Source: Macrostomum lignano (lineage: Eukaryota). From it: DNA of 64,000 bases. Each line of letters starts with the position of its first letter. The first letter of the stretch is position 1. The stretch is from positions 248,001 to 312,000 of the forward strand of contig NIVC01001204.1 in NCBI GenBank assembly GCA_002269645.1. The letters are read 5' to 3'. Positions 1 to 10,723 of this stretch are shown in pieces. The notes beneath the pieces were generated by a model that ran no database searches, was not told where the DNA came from, and was given only the letters and a program-made list of their open reading frames with translations. The position numbers were made by a program, and so were the translations under genes.

Positions 1-726
1 CTCCTTACTTTTTACGGCCTTTTTTGCGGCTCAAAACTATACGAGGGCTCAGTCGTTGTTCTAATTGGGAGAGGAAGCTGAGGGAAACCTCCTAGGATTT
101 GAGATGCTTCTTCTTCTGAGACTTTTAACTTGCTAATGAGAGAAAGTCTAGGGCTGATGCCAACGATGTTAAAAGTCTAAGTGCATATAGCTCGTATAAT
201 CAACCATGGGTCGTCACCACCGGGGGGACATGGGAAGACATGAAAGCAATTAAAATCATTTTAGTGCATCTTATCTAACTTTCTCAGATTTGGTGGACAC
301 ACGGCAGGGGTGAGATAAGTTTTTGATGTTGAACTTAGTACGAGCGTACTTGGTTACTTTCGTGCGCGTGTGTACTCTGTAAGCATATCCAACAAATTCT
401 CGGGGCTAAAATTCACTTCTAAAGCAAGAAAAAAAGAGATCGACTCACACAAACTATGAGAGTCAATATCAAAGTGTACATCAGAGTAACCCCAATGTGA
501 TCGAAAGTGAATGCAGCAGCAGCAGCTTTTTGTTTGACGATTAGTCCAGTGCCTACAAACTGTAATAGCATGAAGACAGGCGCAGAAGAACACTTCGCTT
601 CAATCGGAGCCTGCTCGTCTGGGACTTCGTAAAGCAAAAGGCCCAAGCGAAAAGTCGACCGGCTTGTGATCAAGGATGCCTCTTTTGCAGGCTTGTCGTT
701 ACGTAAGACGATACCTGCTGAAACTA

Positions 727-1184
727 CGAGGGGCGTCCGGAAAGTAGTGTTACTTTTGCTTGGTGTGGACGTATGGACAGGCACACTTGCATGTGCTTGG
801 TGTCATTTGAAAGCGGCAAGTCTCTTCTTTAAAATGACACCAATTGCAAGAGATTTAGATCTGTGCTTCAAGAGATATAGACGATTAAGTAGAGAAAGGT
901 CAGTCATAGACTTACAGAACCTCAAAAACGTCAACAGAAAACTTTTACGAGTTTATCGATTTTTTCGTAATCATGGGCTGTCTATGGCCAAATGTGATGC
1001 AGTGAACGAGAGGGGCTGTCTCATAAAACTTCATATCTCTTGAAGCACAAATTCAAATCTCTTGCAATTGGTGTCATTTTAAAGAAGAGACTTGCCGCTT
1101 TCAAATGACACCAAGCACATGCAAGTGTGACTGTCCATACGTCCACACCAAGCAAAAGTAACACTACTTTCCGGACGCCCCTCG
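727..1184. mobile_element. Non-autonomous Tc1/mariner-type MITE (~152-bp TIRs, TA target duplication)
   Basis: 727-878 is the near-perfect reverse complement of 1033-1184 (CGAGGGGCGTCCGGAAAGTAG...CTACTTTCCGGACGCCCCTCG). TA lies at 725-726 and 1185-1186. No transposase. Confidence 0.85.
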
Positions 1185-1617
1185 TAACATATACAGACAT
1201 TGCTTAGCACTTTCTTTTGTGCCGCCGCGTAACAGCGTGAGCCAATCATATTAAGATATTCCCATATTATTAGTATTCAAATATATTAGGGCCTTTTGAC
1301 AACAGAGGACAGCTAAGGACTATTAATTAAAATGGATAGCAACACAATTTTTTTGCTAGGTGGATCAAAAAGAAAACCATGAATCAATAGAAAGTATAAA
1401 CAGGTTAGTTTTTCGAATTTTTTAACGGAGTGGGTCGTTAGATTGAATTTGATTTTTAATCTGACAGGCAAACCAAAAAAACTTTCAGAAAAAAGTTGCG
1501 TAGATAAAGTAGATAATTTAATATGCACTGCCACTGTGCAAATTTTCTTATATCTTGTCAGTGTTTCTTGCAACTTTAGGGCTGACAAAAAACAATAAAA
1601 ACGGTTTTGTTGTTAGT

Positions 1618-2701
1618 TCAATCCGTCACACTCGTGACAAACAGCTCAGCAAACTGAACCCAAAGCTTTATAGGTTCAACCGTCATGGACACGGGAGCAA
1701 GTGCAAAGCAGATTTTTCTTCCCTCAAAGGCGGCAGAATCGCTGGTCCCTTGCGATCCCAGCCAGATCTCAGTGTACTTGGCATCAATATTCAGCTCGTA
1801 GTTGGTCCGATTTGAAACAGAAAAGTCTGTGCCATTGCAGACAACAGTGTGAGCTCCAGAAGCACTGCTGTAGCTCAGGCCCATGTAGAACTTCTCAAAA
1901 GGCACCAGAGGCAATGAAGCATCCGTGAGGAACCCAGTCAGACGGGTAAACAAGTTGGCGAATTTCACTTTGCTACCCGAGAAGTAGGCGAACGCGCAGA
2001 ACGGCGTGTTGCTTCCGTCAGACGTCACCACCCACCACAGGTGAATCATTCCGGAAGGAACTCTTGGCGATCTATCGATGCTAAAGAAAACTGAGTACTC
2101 TTTGTTGGGAGGGGCAAAAGCTTGAAATTATGGAGATGGCAGTGGGATTTTCACGAACGAATCGAACCGGCCTGGCAGCGCCGCGCCCGACAAGTTGCGC
2201 TCAGCGGCGCCGACGAACTGCGCCGGTGCCGACGTCGAGAAGCCGGATCCGACGCTGCCGCCGAGGTTTCGATCGGAGACGCGGAAGTCAAAGAAAGCTG
2301 ACATTCGAGCAGCGAACGGCCAGCCCGAGGCTCCGGAAGCGTTGCGTCTTAGCAGCGCCGCCGCGCAGTCACCTCGAGTCGCCGTCACAGCAGCCTCAGT
2401 CTCGCTGGCGGGTTGCGGCAGCTCCGGAGTCATGTGACCCAGACGGGCAGCGAATCGGAACTGAGCGATCGCGCAGACGGTCGGTCGGAGAGCGCAGGCC
2501 AGGGCGCAGGACTGCAGGTCGGCGGCGCCGTCGATGAGCTGCGCGTTCGGCAGTCGAATCTGGCGTTGCCGATCCGAATCCGGCACAGAGGCTTCGCTAT
2601 GCAGGGGCTGCAGCGACTGCAGGGAGCTGCTGGGACAGCCGGTCGCGTCCGCGGCTCCGCTGGCAGCCGTCAGCAGCAGCTGGAGCAGAAGGAGCAGAAG
2701 A
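1618..2701 (-). pseudogene. Secreted-type PAN/apple-like + LamG/concanavalin-A-like protein; internal stop, start codon missing
   Basis: ORFs 2128-2748 and 1618-2049 are in one frame separated by a single TAA (2130-2128). Hydrophobic LLLLLLQLLLTAASG leader, SCALACALRPTVC PAN-like Cys pattern, and a LamG-like segment (LSYSSASG..VCNG...IWLG...FEG). No ATG before the repeat junction at 2702. Domain calls are by eye. Confidence 0.45.
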
Positions 2702-3780
2702 CTAGCAATCAGCGCCCCCCGTTGGGGAGCCAAAAAAATACAGCACAAGTTTTTTAATAAACTACATGTAAGCGTCTCTTTGCATTATACCTCAGCAACC
2801 CCTTGTAAGCCTTGACATGTCAGCAATTCCCCCCCCCCACAAGCCTTAGCATATCAACTCCCCCTTGACATCTCAGCAATGCCCCCATAAGCCTTGGAAT
2901 CTTAAAAAATCTGTCAACCTTCTAACCCTAACCCTAGCCTAACCCTAGCCCTAACCCTAACCCTAACCCTAACCCTAACCTTAAAGCATTGACATTTCAG
3001 TAATTCTCTCCGAGAGTCATTATAGCACTACAGCATTATAGCGATTCCCTGCAAGCCTCGACATCGTAGGGATTCCCAAATGAATCTCTTAACTTCGACA
3101 TGAAGCTTCTTTTATTTTTTACATTACACTTTATCTATCAGCGATCCTTCCCGTGAAGAGCCAACAAATAATGAAAACATTTTTCAATAAACTACATGTA
3201 GCTTGTGAATTTAGCCTTGACATCTCAGTTATTCCCCCGTGAGCCTTGACATCTCAGCTATTCCCCCCGTAAGCCTTGACATGTTAGCGATGCCCCCCAT
3301 AAACCTTGATATCTGAAAAATCCCCTGTTAATCTTGAAACCCGCTAAAATCTAACCCTCAACCCAAACCTGACCTAAACCTAACTTTAACCCAACGTAAA
3401 GCCTTAAAATCTCAGCAATTCTTCTCCCCTAAGCCTTGACAATTTAGTGATTCTTTTTTCAAGAATCACAGCACTATAGCGATTCCCTCCAAGCCTTGAC
3501 ATTGTAGCAATTCCCAAATGAATCTTTTAACTTCGACATGACTTTTCTTTTATGTATACATAGTGCTTCTTTTCTTTTTTACATGACTCTTCTTCTATCA
3601 GCGCCCCCCACCCGTGGCGAGCCAACAAAGAATGTAATAAAAAAATTGAGTAAAGTACATGTACTTTGAAGTAGCTTCTGACGTTTGCTTCTTTGCTTCT
3701 CTGACATCTCAGAAACCCCCCCCCCCGTAATCTCAGTTATTCTCTGTGAGCCTTGACATCTTAGTAATTCTCCCCAGCAC
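2702..3780. repeat. Degenerate ~440-bp unit present about 2.5 times, built of AGCCTTGACAT(C/G)TCAGCAATTCCCC sub-repeats
   Basis: The motif ATCAGCGCCCCCC...GAGCCAA...AAACTACATGTA recurs at ~2708, ~3137 and ~3597, and AGCCTTGACAT recurs many times. Confidence 0.65.
2922..2980 (+). repeat. Interstitial telomere-like (CCCTAA)n tract
   Basis: About 10 CCCTAA/CCCTAG/CCTAA units. A more degenerate echo lies at ~3350-3395. Confidence 0.85.
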
Positions 3781-4468
3781 AGCACAATAGCTTCATTTAA
3801 TTTGGTGGTGGAACCTCATCGGTGAATCAAATTAGCTAACAAACGGTGAGACTCGCACAGTGTGTGGATATGAAAACTGTTGGAACTGAGTCGCCTTATT
3901 TGGCTTGAACACGGCTTGGCTGATCAGCCAATGAGTAGCGCTTGTGATAACCATCAAACTGTAGCATGAGTTTTTAGGGATCTGGGGCAATAGCCATATT
4001 TGACCTTTCTTCACGTTCTCGTCTATGCTGTATATACTCAGCAAAATCGAAAATTCGCCATCACAGAAGATTCCGTCTGTGGTCGCCACTTTTGAGAGTG
4101 CAGGTAAAGTCTCTCAATCTTGAGGAATGAAGTGAGGCAGGGTCGTTTAAATATCTGAATCAGTCTACTTATAGTAATTAATCATGCGAATTATATCCCA
4201 ACCAATCAGCGAATTTCTCTTTTTTGTTTTAATATCGTAAAATTTTGTTTCAACTCTACTTTTGTTAAAATTCCCCCTTTGATGATTTGTTTAAACGTAG
4301 TATGTTCACCCCCCTCCTCTGTAAATGACTATAAAAGAAAGAAATTTGAGTTGAAAAATACAACTTGTTCACCTGTTCACTTGTTCGACAGCTCTGGCTT
4401 AATAACTCTTAGAACTTGAAGTTCAACTCTGAAAACTTCCGCTAAGACTTGTTTCGCTATATAGTTAC

Positions 4469-4860
4469 TGAATAGGGAAACTAGAGGTCGTGGAGACTCA
4501 GAACTGGGGATCTGAATAGTGAAACTAAAGGTCGTGGAGACCCAGAATTGGGGATCTGAATAGTGAAACTAAAGGTCGTGGAGACCCAGAATTGGGGATC
4601 TGAATAGTGAAACTAAAGGTCGTGGAGACTCAGAACTGGGGATCTGAATAGTGAAACTAAAGGTCGTGGAGACCCAGAATTGGGGATCTGAATAGGGAAA
4701 CTAAAGGTCGTGGAGACCCAGAATTGGGGATCTGAATAGGGAAACTAGAGGTCGTGGAGACCCAGAATTGGGGATCTGAATAGGGAAACTAGAGGTCGTG
4801 GAGACCCAGAATTGGGGATCTGAATAGTGAAACTAGAGGTCATGGAGACCCCGAATTAGG
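4469..4860. repeat. 44-bp tandem repeat, ~9 copies
   Basis: Unit GAATAGTGAAACTAAAGGTCGTGGAGACCCAGAATTGGGGATCT, head-to-tail with no spacers. Confidence 0.95.
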
Positions 4861-6346
4861 CCGGGATTAATTTCGTACAGACCCTAAGAAAGCCGTGCAG
4901 GTTGGATAGGCGCTAAGGAATTAGGCATTATGAGAATAAATTAGCTACCGCTGGACACCCTTGATCCTCGGAAAACGCAAGACTTTCAGACTAAATTAGG
5001 GAATTAGACAGTGTCTTACAAGTGCACTACAGGTATTTGCACTACTCTAGTGCACTACACGCTATCACAAGGTTTCTAAGAAATTGTAAGTTAGAAATTT
5101 ATAGGAAGAGTCATAGTTTAGGGCAGCCGACGCTACTTAAAGTAGGCAGCTTAGTAATATTTGGTAGAATTTACTGAGACAGCATTTAGAAATAAAACAA
5201 AACCAGCTACAACTTGGAGTCAAAGGTGGGATCTTTTAGAGAAGTAATAGGACAGCTGTGACAAATTCGTGGCATTAGTGGTATTTAAATAGACAAAGCC
5301 AATAGACCTAGTACAACTTGGTGACTAAACGGTCATGCCATTGAAAACGCTTTTGGCAGCAGCTTCCCCGGGACTTTGCGCCGCCTCATCTGGGGATGCC
5401 CTTCTGCGTGCGAGGGAAACCCACACGCGTTATTAATCATCGCGATTCTAACTGATTTTGTTTGACTGACGTTTATTATTGATTATGAATCAACTTTCCC
5501 TTTCTCGTGGCGGCTTTGTGGCGTAACTGGAGGGTTGAACTGTCAGTGAAGTGAGAAGTTTTCGCAATAAGTGAAAAAACTTTTATCTTGCTTCGAGGGT
5601 GGACATTTTTACTGTTGCTGAATACTTCTCGCATAGTTGCACATCACTAGCATCTACGGAATTCAGAAAAAACAAAGCATCCCCGTTTTCTTTACAAAAT
5701 AATTGGCATCTCGAATAAAAGGTGATGGGTTTCGATTTTGAAAAGTAAAAAAAGTTTTTTGTTGAAGTGACGATAAATTACTGTTGACGATACAACACTG
5801 CTACATACTATTGACGTAAAAAACTCAAGATCACGAGTAAGACGCTTCGCTGAGCATGCAGCATCGTCAGCTGGAGTAGAAGATTTGCACGAAAAGGGCA
5901 AGAGGCGCGAAACGTATGCATGTATAGATGAGCGCATTATGAACAGTGAGTTAGAAGTCAAACAAAAATAGTTTTAAAAAACGCGACAATCCTATATTGC
6001 TCTGAGATGCACACTACTGCCCTTCCTGCTAATTAAGCATTGAGGAAGGGTTTTGCGTTCTTTATGTACAATGCTTTCAATATGGACAGTTTACTGTGGT
6101 GATCTGCGCAATCGATAATTTGAGTACAAGGCGAGGAGATAAATGACACTTGAGCACTAGGCGGTTGGAGCTCTGATTTTTAGGTTTTGCATGAACTATA
6201 GGACCATGTACCACTGCGCCAAGTACTAAAAACACAATGTTGGAATCAAAAATGCTTTCGGCCACTTCACTGGGCTTTCTATATTAGAGTGAATCGAAGC
6301 AAACAGCTCCCCAAACTTGGCTTCAAAACCCCTCAGACGTGCTCGA

Positions 6347-6889
6347 GGGGGGAGAGACACTGGGGAGGAGAGGGAGACACTGGGGGAGAAGAGGGAGACA
6401 CTGGGGGAGGAGAGGGAGACACTGGGGGAGAAGAGGGAGACACTGGGGAGGAGAGGGAGACACTGGGGAGGAGAGGGAGACACTGGGGAGGAGAGGGAGA
6501 CACTGGGGGAGGAGAGGGAGACACTGGGGGAGAAGAGGGAGACACTGGGGAGGAGAGGGAGACACTGGGGGAGAAGAGGGAGACACTGGGGAGGAGAGGG
6601 AGACACTGGGGAGGAGAGGGAGACACTGGGGAGGAGAGGGAGACACTGGGGAGGAGAGGGAGACACTGGGGAGGAGAGGGAGACACTGGGGGAGAAGAGG
6701 GAGACACTGGGGGAGGAGAGGGAGACACTGGGGGAGAAGAGGGAGACACTGGGGAGGAGAGGGAGACACTGGGGAGGAGAGGGAGACACTGGGGAGGAGA
6801 GGGAGACACTGGGGAGGAGAGGGAGACACTGGGGAGGAGAGGGAGACACTGGGGAGGAGAGGGAGACACTGGGGAGGAGAGGGAGACAC
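6347..6889. repeat. 20/21-bp purine-rich minisatellite, ~27 copies
   Basis: Unit GGGGAGGAGAGGGAGACACT. It explains the six overlapping low-complexity ORFs. Confidence 0.95.
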
Positions 6890-7158
6890 GGGAAGCTGTC
6901 ACGCTGTCAGTCACTGCAGGGTGCATGAGTAAATATTGAAAGTACATGATGAAATCAATTTGCAAACTGATCGAACTGATTCAGAGAGCGGGTGCTTAAA
7001 TAATGAAGGAGTATGTACAATGTATCGAATGTATCAATGTACCGATAAGGAGGAATTTACTTTCACAAAGTATTTTAATAGTAAAAGTAGATTGAAAATG
7101 TTAATCAGTAATATATAAATCAAAATTTTTCTATCAGCTTGAGCAAAGGCTGAGAAGC

Positions 7159-8576
7159 TTACAAAATTACGAGTTCAACTGAAGCTGCAGCATCAAGTCT
7201 TTCCAGCTTCTGCCTGACCCAGCCGATCTTCTCCTCGTCCTGCGTCTCCATGGCGACGCGTCTCTCTTTCTCGATCATCTCCATCTGCTGCAGGCTGAGC
7301 TCCACGTGCTCGCGGCAGTCGCTGTAGTGAGCCAGAGTGAGCAGCTCCTCGAAGTCCGGGTCTCCAAGCAGCTGTTCAATCCAATGATCGAATGCGATTG
7401 CAGGTGCGCGATTGCGGAGCAGCTCAGCTTGGAGACTCCAGCTCAGGCAGCGGAAGTTCACGTACAGGTGGGAGGAGAGAGGCTGCGACAGTCTGGCTGT
7501 GAACAGAGTCTGCGTGAACTCGGGAAGGAATGGGAAGCGAGGCGGAGAGTCGCAGGGGAGGCAGAACCTCCACGCCCAGTCTGAGTCATTCGGCAGTTTA
7601 GTTGGGAGAAACTCATTTTCTCTCTCAATATACTTTGGCTCCAACCCTGACACAACCTGATTTCTCTGCAGCTCCATCGCGAGTCTCTCAGCCTCCTCAG
7701 ATTCTCCGAACTTCAAATGCGCCATGGCGGTCATGCACAGGGCGGCGCACTTGCACCACTGCAGCCGATGCTGATTCAGGTTACTGAGCTGCCTCATCAG
7801 GGTGTCTCTGTCGCTCGATTCCGACTGCAGCTCGCTCACACACTGTTGCACCACACTGTACACGTCTGCGAATTTGTAGTACATTTCTGAATAGTCAATT
7901 CCTTCCCTGATCTCCGTGACAGCAGGCGGCGCTGTCAGAGGCAGCAGAGTGAACGGGTGAAAGTAGAACTTCTCTGACTGCAGAGGTCTCACGAGTCTCC
8001 TTAGCTGCTCGACCACTCCGCCGATGTCGCTTCTCAGCTCACAAAGTCGGTCTCGAACCCTCGCCTTCGTGTTGTCGAAGTCGCCGCCGATTCCAGCGTT
8101 CTTGAAGTAGAGCGGAGCGTCGGGCATGAAGAAGTGCGGCATGCACTCATCGGGAGAGCTGCTCGAGTCGATGAAGCTCAGCATCATGTCGAGAGACTCC
8201 TTGAGCAGAGCGATCAGATTGTGGGGCTGCCAAGCTTCAGTTTTAGGATCTTTGCCATGCTTCTCCAGCATGAAGAATAGCAGAGTCTTTGCATGGTAGG
8301 TCTTGAGTCCAGGTGTGTCCAGAGTGAGCGGCAAGTGTCTCTTGAAGATGAACTTGATGAGGGTGAACAGCTGGCCCTGGACTGTGCTCAGCCGTCTCAT
8401 GATGTCTTTCTCTTTGAAGCTGAAGCTCACTCTGAGCTCGTTGGTCTCGCTCGGTCTGGTCGCTCGCACAAGGTGAACACAATTAGCATTTTTTATGCTG
8501 CAGCACTCGATCGCATGGCACGTGTCCTGTGCAGGCCGCACACCGCACGCGATGGCTGTCACTGCAGGTTGGCTGC
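7159..8576 (-). CDS. ANK-cGLR copy 1, exon 3: Mab-21/cGAS-like C-terminal lobe plus helical tail; gene = join(12924..10724,9792..9428,8576..7159), 1327 aa
   Basis: Acceptor CTGCAG|GC at 8576. Mab-21/cGAS-family motifs: QDTCHAIECC (third catalytic Asp, cf. DLVPAI), HLV..ELRVSFSFKEKDI (cf. WRLSFS.IEK), KTYHAKTLLF (cf. cGAS SYHVKTAFF), MPHFFMP (cf. NYFIP). Open to TAA at 7159. Confidence 0.88.
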
Positions 8577-9427
8577 CTGCAGTGCGCAGTGAGCGAAGAG
8601 TGGCTTTGTGGCGAGTGGAAAAGATGGGTCGGTTTTAAAGTGCAGATTTTCTCTTGGCTGTTTTCGAACAGTTTTCAGTGCATTGTTTGGTAAGACAAGA
8701 CCACAATGGGCAGTTACAGTTCATTAAAGATACACATACGTTTGTTAAAAATCTTTCCAAATATGCACATGCGATTAGTAGGGTTAGTGTGCAACTGCTT
8801 GAATGTGTTAGTTGAGTTCGTTCTATGTGGTGGTGAGTGATACAACTCTAATCAATGAAAGAAGCAAAGTAAAGTGAACCGCTTAGAAGTTTATTGGCAG
8901 GGAAAGAAAAAACTTAAACTTTTTTTGGTTGATTTGCAACTTCAGATTTTCTCTTGCTTGGTTTAGAATTTCGAGTGATATCATTGAGAAAATTATGAAA
9001 ATTATTTAAGTTAGTGTGCTTTGATTGTCAATAAGTCAATATCAGGACTCAGTGCCTCACAGCAAGGCACCAATCAGACAGTCAGATTGGCTTCGGTTTA
9101 TCTTGTTTGAAATTTCCAAGTGAGAGCAGCGGCACTCAGCAGAGCCATGCCGCCTACCGTGGGTCACCCAAGCACCGCTGCACCCACTCTGCTGCAATCG
9201 GAACCTGTGAGTTCAAAACCCAATGGCCCGGCTCAGCCAGTTGGCATCAGAGTTTTCTTTTCAATTTCGCCTGCCGCTTGTTTCAGCACCCAAGACGACA
9301 TTCGCAGTCACAGAAGCTGCTGGAGGCTGGGCGCCACTCGGTTGCGAATTTAAAATTGAGCAAGGTTAATGGGCTTCCAGTTGCATGCGGATCTCAGCAT
9401 TCTGATGATGAACCCAGCCTCACTCAC

Positions 9428-9792
9428 CTGCTCCCACTGCCACCTGTGCGTGGCCCTCCGTGACCTTCAGCCGAGTGGCTTTTTTGCAGGAGTCTGTATT
9501 TCTGTTGCAGAAACCTTTCAGATGGAACTCTTGCCCAGTAACCAGCACAGTCCAGTCAATGTCCGAGTCTGCAGCTGTCCTGCCGTTCACTTGCACCAGA
9601 CTGTTGGCCCAGCCCTCTGCGTAGCTGCCCGTCATCAGCCTGTCATCCTGTGTGAGGACTCGAGCGACTCCTTGCAGCCAGTCAGCCAGTCTCTGCTGAC
9701 ACTTTGCTCTCTGCTTGGTGAATCCCGCATCGCTGAGCAGTTGATGCAGCTCCTCGCTCAGGCGCCTGTCTTGCTGGGAGTCGTTTGAGAGC
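9428..9792 (-). CDS. ANK-cGLR copy 1, exon 2: nucleotidyltransferase catalytic motif
   Basis: 365-nt exon, acceptor ATTGCAG|G (phase 2), donor GCAG|GTGAGT (phase 1). Encodes MTGSYAEG...AADSDIDW, the pol-beta/cGAS GS...DxD motif. Confidence 0.85.
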
Positions 9793-10723
9793 CTGCAATG
9801 ATCCGAGTTGCTCAGAGTTGGATGGACAGAACAAGCACTCAGACTGGCATCTCAAGCAGGAGAGCTGAGAGTGCAGCTGCTGCAGCACTCAGACTGGCGT
9901 CTTAAGCAGGAGAGCTGAGAGTGCAGCTGCTGCAGCACTCAGTCAAACCCAATCTCAACCCTGCAATTTCTGCCCCAAGCTGCCAGCCTGATGGAAGGCG
10001 CAATGCGGCAGTGAAAGCCGAACCGGTCAGACTCACCGATGAAGCCCCGAATCCAAGCGGTGAGCGGCTGCCTGCCGGGCCTCTGGGCTTCTGCAATGCG
10101 GATAGGAAAGCCAGGGTTCTCACAGCAGTTGAGTCTGAGATTCTCAAGCGGCACAAATAACTTTAATAAGTCGGAAACTCATATTGTATTGTTACGTGTA
10201 GCTTTACAATACAATATGAGTTCCGCAGCTTGATAAAAATACTAACGCTTTTTTCAGGTAGCAAAATCAAAAAGCGGAGGGAGAGGCGGGCAGCAGCAGA
10301 TGACCGAGAGAAAGAAAACAGTGAGCAAGAGATGCGCGAACTGGGCTTGGCTGCTCATCCTGTCTGCCAGCAGGGATTTGGAACTTTTCTTTTAAGAAAA
10401 AAAACGGCTATTGCAGAGGCATGAAACAATGAAGCCAATGTAGTGAAAAGACCAGAAATTGTGATTTTCAGTAGGGGGGGGGGGGTTGAAAACAGGGATA
10501 ACAACGCACGCAAGCCAGCAAAGCGAAACAAGGCGAGGCTGGCGCAACGCATGGGGCTACAAAAGCCCCCACTGACACCCAGCAAAAACCCGACCGGCAA
10601 GCACCCAAGCCCCGCTAAAAGCGATTGGCCAGCAAGAAAAACATTCCCAAAGACTAGAGAATAAAACATAAGTAAAACACAATACTATACTGAAAAGAAC
10701 CGTGAAATTCTCGTTGCACTCAC

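Noticed and set aside
354-726. Minus-strand ORF remnants next to the MITE
   Set aside because: No recognisable motif; cannot assign a product.
2922-2980. True chromosome end
   Set aside because: Short, degenerate and embedded in an internal repeat block.
4469-4860. 44-bp repeats as a CRISPR array
   Set aside because: Head-to-tail units with no unique spacers, no cas genes, and a eukaryotic context.
4260-5560. Possible LTR or relative of the 31000-31867 element
   Set aside because: Only scattered short word matches; no termini or TSD could be defined.
6226-6965. Six overlapping ~200-aa ORFs
   Set aside because: Artefacts of a stop-free minisatellite.
9107-9420. ORFs in intron 2 of copies 1 and 3 as an extra exon
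   Set aside because: Absent from copy 2, and exon 2 joins exon 3 in frame without them.
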